From Candidatus Pacebacteria bacterium CG_4_9_14_0_2_um_filter_40_15 (GTDB lineage Bacteria; Patescibacteriota; Microgenomatia; UBA1400; PJMF01), in assembly GCA_002788675.1 (NCBI GenBank), contig PFRS01000005.1, forward strand, positions 3,731 to 67,730: a stretch of 64,000 nt of DNA, read 5' to 3'. Of the stretch, positions 38,708-48,174 are shown piece by piece (position 1 is the stretch's first letter; the number at the start of each line of letters is the position of its first letter). Both the position numbers and the translations under genes were made by a program. Under the pieces are notes generated by a model, which saw nothing but the letters and a program-made list of their open reading frames with translations, searched no databases and was not told where the DNA came from.

Positions 38708-39804
38708 TTAGCGTGCTTATTGCATTATTAGTTACTTTACCAGTGCTGTCCTTTCCAAGTTTCTTTCTGCAGAAATCAAATATGGATTCGTTTGGTCAAC
38801 TGTACGCTAATTCACAGTATGTAAAAGGAGAGGCTACACAACAACGAATTGATGATGCCACACTGTATATTTATGCTGGATATGCGTATGTTAAGGGCGA
38901 GGATCCAACAACCATTAACTTTGAACATCCTCCCCTAGGAAAATATATTTTAGGACTCTCTAACCTCCTCTTTGGGAATTCGTTACTACTCAATTTAGTC
39001 ATTTATGCTGCTTTTCTGGCCACATTTGCTTCGCTCGCACGACTTTTTACACAAAAGAACCTACTTATTCTTGGATCAGTTCTGTTTCTAGGAACAACTC
39101 GACTGATTTACGTTAATGTGGGCCAAGGGATGCTTGATATTTTTTCGACACTATTATTAATGCTGATTTTACGGCTACTTTTTTCATCAGTTGGTAGTTT
39201 TAAAAAATATGTTCTGACTGGTGTGCTTATCGGTGCGATTGCAGCCACCAAGTATGCATTTCCCTCAATTGGTCTCCCAATACTGCTTACTTTAGTTTGG
39301 GCAGCACTGTCAAAAGAGCTACTTATCAGTTTAGTTTCATTACCCATTGGAGCTCTGACATACTTAGCTAGTTATGTAGTGTATTTTTTAAATCATTCTT
39401 TAGTGGATTTTATAAGATTTGAATGGTTTCGACTCAAATGGTGGGTAGTTGATAGAAATATTCCACCTTTTTTAATTTTAAAAACATTATTTGTTGGTCA
39501 ATTTCAGGATTGGAGAATGCTGACTACTGTTAGATCATCTGTTTGGTCAATGAGCTGGCCTATTTTATTTGTTTCTCATTTCATCGGCCTTCTCTATGCT
39601 AAATTTGATAAAAGAATACTAATAATTATGGGGTATGCTTCTATCCAACTAGCAGTATATGCTGTCGGTTCAGCCTCGTATGATCGTTACTTAATTGGTC
39701 TCATTCCGCTCTGGTTGCTCGTTGTGGTTGCAGGTTTAGATAACTATTCGAAGAAACAGACAGTCTACTCTGCACTAAGCAAAAGTGTTAACAAAAAAAA
39801 GTAG
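38674..39804 (+). CDS. PMT-family-like GT-C membrane glycosyltransferase (short form)
   Basis: FEHPPLGKYILGLSN matches the PMT (GT39) DVHPPLGK motif. Multiple TM helices. Confidence 0.55.
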   Translation: MKKLNKTFLLSLSVLIALLVTLPVLSFPSFFLQKSNMDSFGQLYANSQYVKGEATQQRIDDATLYIYAGYAYVKGEDPTTINFEHPPLGKYILGLSNLLFGNSLLLNLVIYAAFLATFASLARLFTQKNLLILGSVLFLGTTRLIYVNVGQGMLDIFSTLLLMLILRLLFSSVGSFKKYVLTGVLIGAIAATKYAFPSIGLPILLTLVWAALSKELLISLVSLPIGALTYLASYVVYFLNHSLVDFIRFEWFRLKWWVVDRNIPPFLILKTLFVGQFQDWRMLTTVRSSVWSMSWPILFVSHFIGLLYAKFDKRILIIMGYASIQLAVYAVGSASYDRYLIGLIPLWLLVVVAGLDNYSKKQTVYSALSKSVNKKK

Positions 39805-41457
39805 TTACCATTTAGTCTTTGTACTGTCAAATATATAGAATTTTGGCTGTCTATCACTGCCGTACACAACGTAAACAGCCTTATCAAATGGCATAATGTC
39901 CTCAGGCGAAGTGACTAAGATTGTGTTTTCTCTTAGTAGATCACCTTCAACAAATGAATCCTGGAATAAGTACTTAATGAGTGAACCTCCATGATAATAT
40001 ATTGGACTCGTTTTTCGAGCAAAGAGTGCATATATGTATGGCTGACCATATTTTGAGGTAAAAATGATATTTTGCACTTCATGCTTTCCGTCTTTACCCG
40101 TTTCGTATGGAATCACATAGTTAAAAGCATCAATATATCCATCCTTAAAATCGTCAGCACTGTTTCGTGCAAAATTCTTAAAATAGTAACTGGAGTACTC
40201 GATGGTAAACAATGCATGCAATAAAATGAATGTTCCTACTATGAGTTGGAAGAATATCGTTTTTCTATTTCTAGAATCACGGAGCTTTTTAACCACAGCA
40301 TGATTTCCCGCAAAGCGGAGTAATTCTGCAATACCCAGTGTGGAAAACAATAGAAACCCAATTATAGCTGTTAAAGCTCTATTACTGTGTGGAACCTCTG
40401 TTGCCACTGCTGCTGGTAAAATTCCAAAAACAATACAGGCGCTTGCCAGACTAAACACCTGAAAAACATATTTTGGCAAAGTATTTTTTTTGAGTAGATT
40501 CCAGAGTATCCAAGAGACTACTCCTAAAACGAGCGCATATGTTGTTGGATAGAGCACTCCATGTACCCCATCACCATGTCGTTGCGTTGTTGTTTCGCCA
40601 AAAAGTAGAAAGTCGGGATGCAAATGAAGAAAGAATTGCTGAAGAGTAACCCATACACTTGTAAAAAATCCATAGCCTTGTGCAAATACCGTCACCCCGG
40701 CTCTCTCTAAACCATTTCTAAAGAGTAAGTCAAAAACCAACGGAATTAACATCACTGCACTAATCACAGAAGGAACAACTAAACGTGTAATATCTGAAAA
40801 AAATGTTTTGCGATGTTGCCACACTAAATAGAAACCCAAAAGTGGAACCGTAATCTTTGTACTATGGTAGGTATATAAAGATAAAATAAATAAAGCTACG
40901 CTTAAAGAAAGTAGTACAACAGTTCGATTTGTTTTTTTCCATGCTGTTAGAAAGAGATACACTCCCCAAATAACCATAGTAAGTGCTAAGCCAGATTCAA
41001 AACCCGTACGAGTAAAATGAATATGCCAAGGAGACACGGCTAAACTAAGTCCAAAGATCAGTGCTAATGCGGATCTATATTTACTCTCTTCAAAAAGGGA
41101 TCGTCCAAGGAGTATTGCACCGAACACAGCCATAATTCCTGAAAGAGCAAAAGGCAATCTGACTGCCCAAAGATTCATACCGAAAAGAACTGTAAAAAAT
41201 CCATTTAAGTAGATTGCAAAAGGAGCTTTATAGTCACCAAATGAACGAAAAGATATAGGTAAACGTGTTAACCACTCATCACGTCTAGTAGTCAAAACAG
41301 CATGCCCGTTATATCCAATTGCGGCTTCATCCCAAGTCATACCATGTGGAACTTCACCTAATTTATATGTACGGAGAAATGCAGCAATCAAAAGTATGCT
41401 TACAAAGCCTACTACATACCAATTTTTTCTTACAAACTGTTCTAGTGCTTTAATCAT
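39805..41457 (-). CDS. ArnT/PMT_2-like GT-C membrane glycosyltransferase
   Basis: MTWDEAAIGYNGHAVLTTRRDEWLTRLPISFRSFGDYKAPFAIY. Confidence 0.7.
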   Translation of the reverse strand: MIKALEQFVRKNWYVVGFVSILLIAAFLRTYKLGEVPHGMTWDEAAIGYNGHAVLTTRRDEWLTRLPISFRSFGDYKAPFAIYLNGFFTVLFGMNLWAVRLPFALSGIMAVFGAILLGRSLFEESKYRSALALIFGLSLAVSPWHIHFTRTGFESGLALTMVIWGVYLFLTAWKKTNRTVVLLSLSVALFILSLYTYHSTKITVPLLGFYLVWQHRKTFFSDITRLVVPSVISAVMLIPLVFDLLFRNGLERAGVTVFAQGYGFFTSVWVTLQQFFLHLHPDFLLFGETTTQRHGDGVHGVLYPTTYALVLGVVSWILWNLLKKNTLPKYVFQVFSLASACIVFGILPAAVATEVPHSNRALTAIIGFLLFSTLGIAELLRFAGNHAVVKKLRDSRNRKTIFFQLIVGTFILLHALFTIEYSSYYFKNFARNSADDFKDGYIDAFNYVIPYETGKDGKHEVQNIIFTSKYGQPYIYALFARKTSPIYYHGGSLIKYLFQDSFVEGDLLRENTILVTSPEDIMPFDKAVYVVYGSDRQPKFYIFDSTKTKW

Positions 41458-41502
41458 ACAATTGCCATCGTTACTGTTTACAGATACTATACAGTATATA
41501 GT

Positions 41503-43317
41503 ATGTTAAAGAAATTGACTTCTCTAGTTAGAACAAAAAATAGATTCTATTCTTCAAAGAAAGAAATATTTTTTTACGTTTTAGGCTTCTTTTTTTTTCT
41601 AGCAATTCGTACTGTTTCCATTCACAGCATTCCTAGCGTCATAAGTCATGATGAAATATACTACCCAGCTGAAGCTCGGGCTCTTGCTGTATCTGGACAT
41701 GATCCTTCAGGAATGTGGAATCCATGGTCATTAACTTCAGCACATCCTTTGTACGCAGAATTACCCGGTGTCGTAATGACTCCAGCGGCACTATTATTTA
41801 AAGATCCTATTCTCGCTGCCAAAGCAACACACATTTTTCTTGGTACATTGTTATGTCTCGTTATAGCTGCATTCGCCTATCAAGTTACAAAGAATAAACA
41901 AATTGCTGGAATTGCGTTTATCTTGGCAGGTATTAATCCATGGCTCTTTCAATTCTCAAGAATGGGATTTGATGCAGTATTTAGCCTCTTCTTTTTACTC
42001 AGTGGTGTTACTGTCTATCTCGCTAGCTCTTCAACTAGAAAAATCTGGTCTCTTCCTTTCTTTTTTATTGGTTTTTTCCAATATCAGGGATTCAAAGTAC
42101 TTTTTGTTCCTCTGATTTTTGCTACAGTTCTATTTGACCTCTATTCTCAAGATCCTAAATCTATATGGAGAACACTTAAAAAGAAGTTTTTAACACGAGA
42201 TATATCTTCGCTCATTCCCGCTATAGTTGTGATCACTTTTACTTTGGCGCTTTTTGGCACGTATATGGTCAGATTATCATCACAAGCCGCTGGTCAACGG
42301 AGTGCTGACCTCATTTTTACCGACATAGATTATATATCCACCCAAACTAATATTGATCGCCAACAAACTTTTAGTTCGCCTGTCACATCATATTTTATTA
42401 ATAAGGGAACTGCAATTTTTGATCGTTTTATTTCTCAATACTTTGAATCATTTTCATGGCATCATCTTTTTATTACTGGTGAACCACTACGGAATCCATT
42501 CTCCGTTTGGAAACACGGTATGTTCTACCTACTTGATATTGTCCTTATTATTATGGGTGCGACGTACATTGCCATTCAAAAGAAAGTGTCCTATTCCGGG
42601 GTCTTTTTAGGGTTCTTAGTTTTAATAGCACCCCTAGCTGGGGCACTAAACGCTAAAGGCTCATGGATCATGTTCCGATCAAGTCTGTTAATTCCATTAT
42701 TTATTGTTTTCGCTGCATCTGGATTGTGGTGGCTTAATCGATTAGTTCCCAAAATGCTTACTGTATTATTTGTATGTATGTACATAGTTTTTGTAGCCAG
42801 ATTCTTTTTTATGTACTTTTTTAGCTATCCCATCATCGGCACTCAAGGCGAGTACTTTAGTGAACGACTTATTGCTAGCTATATTCAAAGAAATCCTGAA
42901 AATCAAATTCTAGTCTATGCAAGTGAACCAAGATTTATGTTCGAATCAATTTTGGTGTATACAAACGCAATTAGTAAAAATTCAATAGATAATGTGCACG
43001 CAGCTTATATTGGAGAAGACTTCTCACATAACAATTTTAAAGTCCTTAACAAATGCTACGAGCCCAGCAATGATCCAAATGTAATCTCAATTGTAAATCA
43101 AGCAACACAGCCATGTAACAATCAGCAAAATGAAAAGAGTACTACAACAACATCTATACCTTCACTAATAGATAGTGGTGCTCTGTTCACTATTCATAAT
43201 GATACTCTCTGTTCACAATATCCATTGAATACTTTTAGCCATGTGACTAAAAATCTTTTTAATGTCGAATCATTAACTGATCAAATGTATTGTTCAACAT
43301 TTATTATTCGAAATTAA
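41503..43317 (+). CDS. PMT_2/ArnT-like GT-C membrane glycosyltransferase
   Basis: ISHDEIYYPAEARALAVSGHDPSGMWNP...AHPLYAELPG is a motif paralogous to 25439..27283. C-terminal soluble domain. Confidence 0.6.
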   Translation: MLKKLTSLVRTKNRFYSSKKEIFFYVLGFFFFLAIRTVSIHSIPSVISHDEIYYPAEARALAVSGHDPSGMWNPWSLTSAHPLYAELPGVVMTPAALLFKDPILAAKATHIFLGTLLCLVIAAFAYQVTKNKQIAGIAFILAGINPWLFQFSRMGFDAVFSLFFLLSGVTVYLASSSTRKIWSLPFFFIGFFQYQGFKVLFVPLIFATVLFDLYSQDPKSIWRTLKKKFLTRDISSLIPAIVVITFTLALFGTYMVRLSSQAAGQRSADLIFTDIDYISTQTNIDRQQTFSSPVTSYFINKGTAIFDRFISQYFESFSWHHLFITGEPLRNPFSVWKHGMFYLLDIVLIIMGATYIAIQKKVSYSGVFLGFLVLIAPLAGALNAKGSWIMFRSSLLIPLFIVFAASGLWWLNRLVPKMLTVLFVCMYIVFVARFFFMYFFSYPIIGTQGEYFSERLIASYIQRNPENQILVYASEPRFMFESILVYTNAISKNSIDNVHAAYIGEDFSHNNFKVLNKCYEPSNDPNVISIVNQATQPCNNQQNEKSTTTTSIPSLIDSGALFTIHNDTLCSQYPLNTFSHVTKNLFNVESLTDQMYCSTFIIRN

Positions 43318-43584
43318 TCTGAGTTTTTGAACTCGCGATAGTTTTTTTATTTCAGCTTCTCTTATAGTAGCTGCTGAACGATCTGTTGCATCTTCAGTGT
43401 AAACAACAGTAACTGGCAAATGACTCCGTGTATATTTTGCTCCTTTTGCAGTCCTATGTTGTAATAACCTACGCTCAACATTTGTGGTGATCCCTGTATA
43501 AAGTGACCCATCTCCACATTGAAGTATATAGACTACCCAAACTGATGATGTAGCATTTTTTTTAGTTGATACAGCTAAAACCAT
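43294..43584 (-). CDS. GIY-YIG nuclease family protein (small stand-alone, COG2827-type)
   Basis: WVVYILQCGDGSLYTGITTNVERRLLQHRTAKGAKYTRSH...VVYTE...REAEIKKLSRVQK is the canonical short GIY-YIG/UPF0213 sequence. Confidence 0.8.
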   Translation of the reverse strand: MVLAVSTKKNATSSVWVVYILQCGDGSLYTGITTNVERRLLQHRTAKGAKYTRSHLPVTVVYTEDATDRSAATIREAEIKKLSRVQKLRLISNNKC

Positions 43585-44444
43585 AAATGTGAAAGTTTAA
43601 AAAACCAATATGGTTTCCAAAGAAGATAGAGTAAATATTGATGAAAAGTAACGTGTTTTAGTAAGAATTTCGTACCATTTTTAAGAGACATTGTATCAAT
43701 TCGAGTTTGACCAAAAACATCGAGATTAGTTGACTCGTGTTTGTGAAAAACTACGGCCTGTTCTTCAAAAAGAACTTTCCAACCCTTTTTTCGAGCTCTG
43801 AAGGACAAGTCTATATCTTCCCAATATGCTGGATAGAATCGTTTGTCAAATCCACCAAGTAATATCCATTTATCTTTATCAAAGAGACCACTTCCCCCGC
43901 TTACCCAGGCAGTCTCACCCGATGTCATTTGCCTTGCTTTTGAATGGATAAATCGTCCTCGTTCAAACCATAAGTTATTTCTACCACTCACCTCGCCATC
44001 TTCGTTCTGTTCAAACTCTTTACAACCAACGGCAAAACATTCAGCATCATCAAAGTAAGGTAACAAAAAATCTAATACGTTACTTTTGGGAGATACGTCA
44101 TTATTTAGCAGAAAAATAACATCTTTCGAAGCTAAAAGTACGCCTAAGTTGCAAGCCCCAGCAAAACGTACATTTTCTTCTGTAGATATTACCTTCATCA
44201 CAGGTGAATTGCTTTTTCCCACAGTTCCTGTAAGCACATTTTTTTCATCGGATTCTGATAGTGCATATTCATTACTGAGATATTCAAGTGTTTGATCTGC
44301 ACTACAATCATTGACTATAATCAGTTCATCCGTAGGACGCATGCAAGCGATCACAGCTGGTAGGTGTTTTTGTAATAAATGTTTCCCATTATATGTTGGA
44401 ATAACAATGCTTACTGTTTTGGTTGGTAGTTCAAGCTCTGTCAT
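43575..44444 (-). CDS. GT2 family glycosyltransferase
   Basis: VSIVIPTYNGKHLL...LIIVNDCSADQT...LLNNDV. Confidence 0.8.
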   Translation of the reverse strand: MTELELPTKTVSIVIPTYNGKHLLQKHLPAVIACMRPTDELIIVNDCSADQTLEYLSNEYALSESDEKNVLTGTVGKSNSPVMKVISTEENVRFAGACNLGVLLASKDVIFLLNNDVSPKSNVLDFLLPYFDDAECFAVGCKEFEQNEDGEVSGRNNLWFERGRFIHSKARQMTSGETAWVSGGSGLFDKDKWILLGGFDKRFYPAYWEDIDLSFRARKKGWKVLFEEQAVVFHKHESTNLDVFGQTRIDTMSLKNGTKFLLKHVTFHQYLLYLLWKPYWFFKLSHLWF

Positions 44445-45520
44445 GAGAAAAGCTCTTTCACTTTAGCGCTAAATACTTCTTCAGAAAATCGTTCAGCTTC
44501 GATACGCACTTTGTCTTTAAGAGTATCAAGTTTTTTTTGATCCTTTAATACCTCAGCCGTTAAAGCAATACACTGTTCTTTTGTTGACCAGGATAGTTCT
44601 TTGACTAATGTACCCAGTACTTCAGGCTGACCACCTTTTGAATGCACAAATGGAACCGCTCCATAAGCCATAGCCTCGACTGTTGTAATACCAAAGTGTT
44701 CAACTTTTTCAGGATGAGTAGTTTCATCTATCTCAAATCCTGTAGCATGCCAATAAATACTGGCTTGCTTATATGCATCTTTTAACTCTTTGAGTGATGC
44801 ATTAGGAACAAACTCAATAGGTAGATCTTTTGCTTCTACTTTTAATGAATCAAAATACTCCTGGTCCTCAACTTGACCAATCAAAACAAGTTTCCACCCC
44901 TTAGTTCTAGTTGGATGTCTTCGTAATAACTCTTTAAAGATATCAATAATCACATCCTGACGTTTAGCATGTAATTGCTTAAAGAATCGACCAACATGCA
45001 GAATAATTTTTTCTTTTTGTTTTGGAATACGCGAAGGCACACTAACTTTTGGATTCAGAACTAAATCAATATGGGTATTCCACGATGCTTCAATAATCTT
45101 TTTAGTAAACTCAGAATTAGTGTTTTTGCTCTGCCAATTAGCTAACTTCAGACGCTCAATAAGTATTGATTTATCAAGCAATAATGGAACTTGAATGTGT
45201 AAGTAGTTTTTTTTGGCAAAACTAAAAAAAAGGCTTCCATCTGTTACATAGTACAAACTATCAAACCGTGAAGTCCAGGCAAGTTTTTCCAAAAATCCAC
45301 CAGCATATAAAGGAGAACTGATAAACTCAAGTGCTGATAAACTCTCACCTATGAATGATTCATATTTTTGAATGATTGTTGATCTGTCTTCCAGGGTTTC
45401 TGGTGGCAGTGCTATAGCAACAGAATGTGACTTGGATGCCTCTAGAGCTACATCAAAGAAATGTTTTTCGCCACCACCTCGGTGTTTGGGCACATATGGT
45501 GAGAAAAAACAAATTTTCAT
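44441..45520 (-). CDS. GT4 (GT1-fold) glycosyltransferase
   Basis: MKICFFSPYVPKHRGGGEKH at the N-terminus. The E-x7-E region is FGITTVEAMAYGAVPFV. Confidence 0.75.
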   Translation of the reverse strand: MKICFFSPYVPKHRGGGEKHFFDVALEASKSHSVAIALPPETLEDRSTIIQKYESFIGESLSALEFISSPLYAGGFLEKLAWTSRFDSLYYVTDGSLFFSFAKKNYLHIQVPLLLDKSILIERLKLANWQSKNTNSEFTKKIIEASWNTHIDLVLNPKVSVPSRIPKQKEKIILHVGRFFKQLHAKRQDVIIDIFKELLRRHPTRTKGWKLVLIGQVEDQEYFDSLKVEAKDLPIEFVPNASLKELKDAYKQASIYWHATGFEIDETTHPEKVEHFGITTVEAMAYGAVPFVHSKGGQPEVLGTLVKELSWSTKEQCIALTAEVLKDQKKLDTLKDKVRIEAERFSEEVFSAKVKELFS

Positions 45521-46344
45521 GAATCATTCTTCCATTTTTTTGAAATTTCTTCTTCTAGATGTGCATATCGCTCAGGAATTGATGGTTTTTGTTGAAACTC
45601 CCAAATTTGAATGTATATCCACATTCGATTAATAGCCTGCACAAGTGATTCAATTAGTCCTGCAGTACCATCTTTATATCCTTGATCTCGAATTGCTCGG
45701 CGCCAAAATTCCATGACTCCTTTTCTGAGTATTGTTTTAAAGAATACAGGTGCTGTTTTTGCCTCTATAAATGCAGTAGCTTCTTTTGGAGTCCATTCAG
45801 CACTTTTTTTAAGGTTGTCTACGACTGACCTATGAGTAAGGTGTATTAAAGGAGAAACAATCCTCAGTTCTTCTCCATTCCATTCTGCACTTTCATGAAT
45901 ATCACCAGACCAACCAGTAAGAGCTGAACGTTTAAAAGCTCGCGTAACTTGATCGTGTTGCCAACCTCCATGTGCAAATGCATGTCCAAAGAAATAGTTT
46001 TTGCGTTGCAAAGTAAGTGCTGAAGCAGTTCCAGTCTCAATAGTAACCAATAACTCTTTTGCTAACGTTGGGGTAACTCTCTCATCAGCATCTATATACA
46101 AAATCCAGTCTGTCTCGACATGCTTTATGGCTTCTTCTCTAACACGAGCAAATGAAGATGAAGTAAATAGAATAACCTTAGCTCCAGCTGTTTCTGCTAT
46201 TTTATTTGTGCTATCTGTGGAGCCATTATTAATGACGAGAATCTCATCACACCATCTAAGTGTTTCAATACAGGCAGCAATCATCTTTTCTTCATTGCGA
46301 GCAATGATTACAGCTGTGACTGATGGTTTTTTTAGGGTACTCAT
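45517..46344 (-). CDS. GT2 family glycosyltransferase (WaaE/KdtX-like)
   Basis: VTAVIIARNEEKMIAACIETL...ILVINNGSTDST...LYIDADE. Confidence 0.75.
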   Translation of the reverse strand: MSTLKKPSVTAVIIARNEEKMIAACIETLRWCDEILVINNGSTDSTNKIAETAGAKVILFTSSSFARVREEAIKHVETDWILYIDADERVTPTLAKELLVTIETGTASALTLQRKNYFFGHAFAHGGWQHDQVTRAFKRSALTGWSGDIHESAEWNGEELRIVSPLIHLTHRSVVDNLKKSAEWTPKEATAFIEAKTAPVFFKTILRKGVMEFWRRAIRDQGYKDGTAGLIESLVQAINRMWIYIQIWEFQQKPSIPERYAHLEEEISKKWKNDS

Positions 46345-47255
46345 ACAATTGGTTGCTTTCCAAACCTTCTAAACAAGAAGTGCAAAACTGCTGTTTTTTG
46401 GTAGTTTGTACCAGTTAGTAAATACTGAAGTAACACTCTAAGTCCCACAAGCTTACTTTTGTTTCCACCATGTTTAAACGCAAACAAAAGTCTGTTTCTA
46501 GCTATATAATAATTGTGCACACTGGATCCTGCTCCACCACTTGATCCAGCATTTTTATGCCACACAACAGCTTCTGGACAGAACCCTATGCCATACCTTG
46601 CATCATGTGCTCGAACACTCAGATCAACATCTTCAAAGTAAAGAAAGTATCGTTTGTCAAATGTACCAACTTTTTCAAGCACTTCTCGCTTGATAAGAAC
46701 ACAGCAACCTGTAGCAAAATCTGAATCAGAAAATGTATCAAATTGACCTCTATCAACTTCATCCACTCCTCTATGGAAAGCAGCTAAGTTGGGCCAATCA
46801 ATGCTCCCACCGGCATACCACAAAACACTTCCCAGTTGAGATCTGGAATAGCTCTTCTTATGATACTCATTTCCTTTATAAAAATAGATTTTAGGGCAAA
46901 TAAGACCATACTCTGAATGGTCTTCGCTACAATCAATCAATTTTTGTAAAAAATGAGGTTCAACAACAGTATCATTGTTAAGCAACAGTGTGTAATCAGA
47001 ATTATATTTTTCAATGGCGTAATAAATACCCAAATTATTTCCACCAGTAAATCCTAGATTAGCTTCACTTCTCACAACCTCAAATTTTTTATTAGAGGTA
47101 AGAGTTCTTGGTAATGAGTACGACTCCATTGAGCCATTGTCAACGACAACAACATTATATGAAAAACCCTTTGTTTTGAGCACACTCAAAGACTTGAGGC
47201 ACTCATCTGTGTCACTCTTGGTATTATAATTTATAAGTATTAAACTAATGTGCAT
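46341..47255 (-). CDS. GT2 family glycosyltransferase (WbbL-type rhamnosyltransferase-like)
   Basis: ISLILINYNTKSDTDECL...VVVVDNGS...ANLGFTGGNN...LLLNNDT. Confidence 0.75.
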   Translation of the reverse strand: MHISLILINYNTKSDTDECLKSLSVLKTKGFSYNVVVVDNGSMESYSLPRTLTSNKKFEVVRSEANLGFTGGNNLGIYYAIEKYNSDYTLLLNNDTVVEPHFLQKLIDCSEDHSEYGLICPKIYFYKGNEYHKKSYSRSQLGSVLWYAGGSIDWPNLAAFHRGVDEVDRGQFDTFSDSDFATGCCVLIKREVLEKVGTFDKRYFLYFEDVDLSVRAHDARYGIGFCPEAVVWHKNAGSSGGAGSSVHNYYIARNRLLFAFKHGGNKSKLVGLRVLLQYLLTGTNYQKTAVLHFLFRRFGKQPIV

Positions 47256-47266
47256 ATAAATGCGTA

Positions 47267-48172
47267 CTATATTCCTATTTTTCTTTTAATTCTCGCTATT
47301 ACTTTTTGAATTGGTGAACCATGTTCGATTTCGTAAGCATACGTCCAGTATACGAGTGAACGTTGAAATTCTTTAAGTGCTGTAAGCGTTTCTTTTTCAG
47401 TTGCAGAGTGTTGCTTAAAACCTCGTTGTTCCCATTTTTTCAGGATAACTAACACTTGGTAAAAACTTTGCAGAAAACTGAGTCCTACACCATGCATACC
47501 TTCTTGGATGCCATCATGTGAAAATAATCTTCTGAGCAGTTCATCTCTAAAAGAAGTGATCACCATGGCAGTAGTCATGGGCACATCACTATCGTTATTT
47601 GCTTCAATATCAGTATATCGATTCATACGATCAACAAATTGTGAAACGCTCTGATAATTATGATGTTTAATTGCAATTTCCGGCATTGCTTGGAGATACT
47701 CACTTGTTCCTGCAACTGTAGGTACAGAATGAATTTTATCACTCCAAGTAACCACACCTTTTTTAAAAAGCCTAAGTTGATGATCTGGCCACCAACCCGT
47801 TTTTCTCATTTCATACCCAAAAACTTCATTTGAACGAGGGATGTAGTACGCATCAAAGGTAGGCTCAGTCAAAATATCCTTGATCTTTAATTGGAGTCCA
47901 TTGGGAATCTCCTCGTCTGCATCTAAGATCAGAATCCAGTCAGAAGTTGCTTTTTCAATTGCAAAGTTTCTTGCTGGTTCAACATAGCCAATATCTTCAA
48001 ACATAAAAATTTTATTTGTAAACTTCTTGGCAATTTTTTGCGTAGCATCGGTACTATGCATGTCAACAATAATGATCTCGTCAGCAAAGGCAGCAGATGC
48101 TAAAGCTAACTCTAAGAACTTTTCTGAGTTCATTGTGTTAACCACTACCGAAAGTGATGGTGTGTTTTGCAT
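47267..48172 (-). CDS. GT2 family glycosyltransferase (WaaE/KdtX-like)
   Basis: LSVVVNTMNSEKFLELAL...IIIVDMHSTDAT...LILDADE. Confidence 0.75.
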   Translation of the reverse strand: MQNTPSLSVVVNTMNSEKFLELALASAAFADEIIIVDMHSTDATQKIAKKFTNKIFMFEDIGYVEPARNFAIEKATSDWILILDADEEIPNGLQLKIKDILTEPTFDAYYIPRSNEVFGYEMRKTGWWPDHQLRLFKKGVVTWSDKIHSVPTVAGTSEYLQAMPEIAIKHHNYQSVSQFVDRMNRYTDIEANNDSDVPMTTAMVITSFRDELLRRLFSHDGIQEGMHGVGLSFLQSFYQVLVILKKWEQRGFKQHSATEKETLTALKEFQRSLVYWTYAYEIEHGSPIQKVIARIKRKIGI

Positions 48173-48174
48173 AC

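Noticed and set aside
20691-43317. GT-C paralogs as recent tandem duplications or a repeat-mediated amplification
   Set aside because: The paralogs share only short motifs at protein level, and I saw no long nucleotide repeats between them. The divergence looks ancient. This is not a DNA-level repeat feature.
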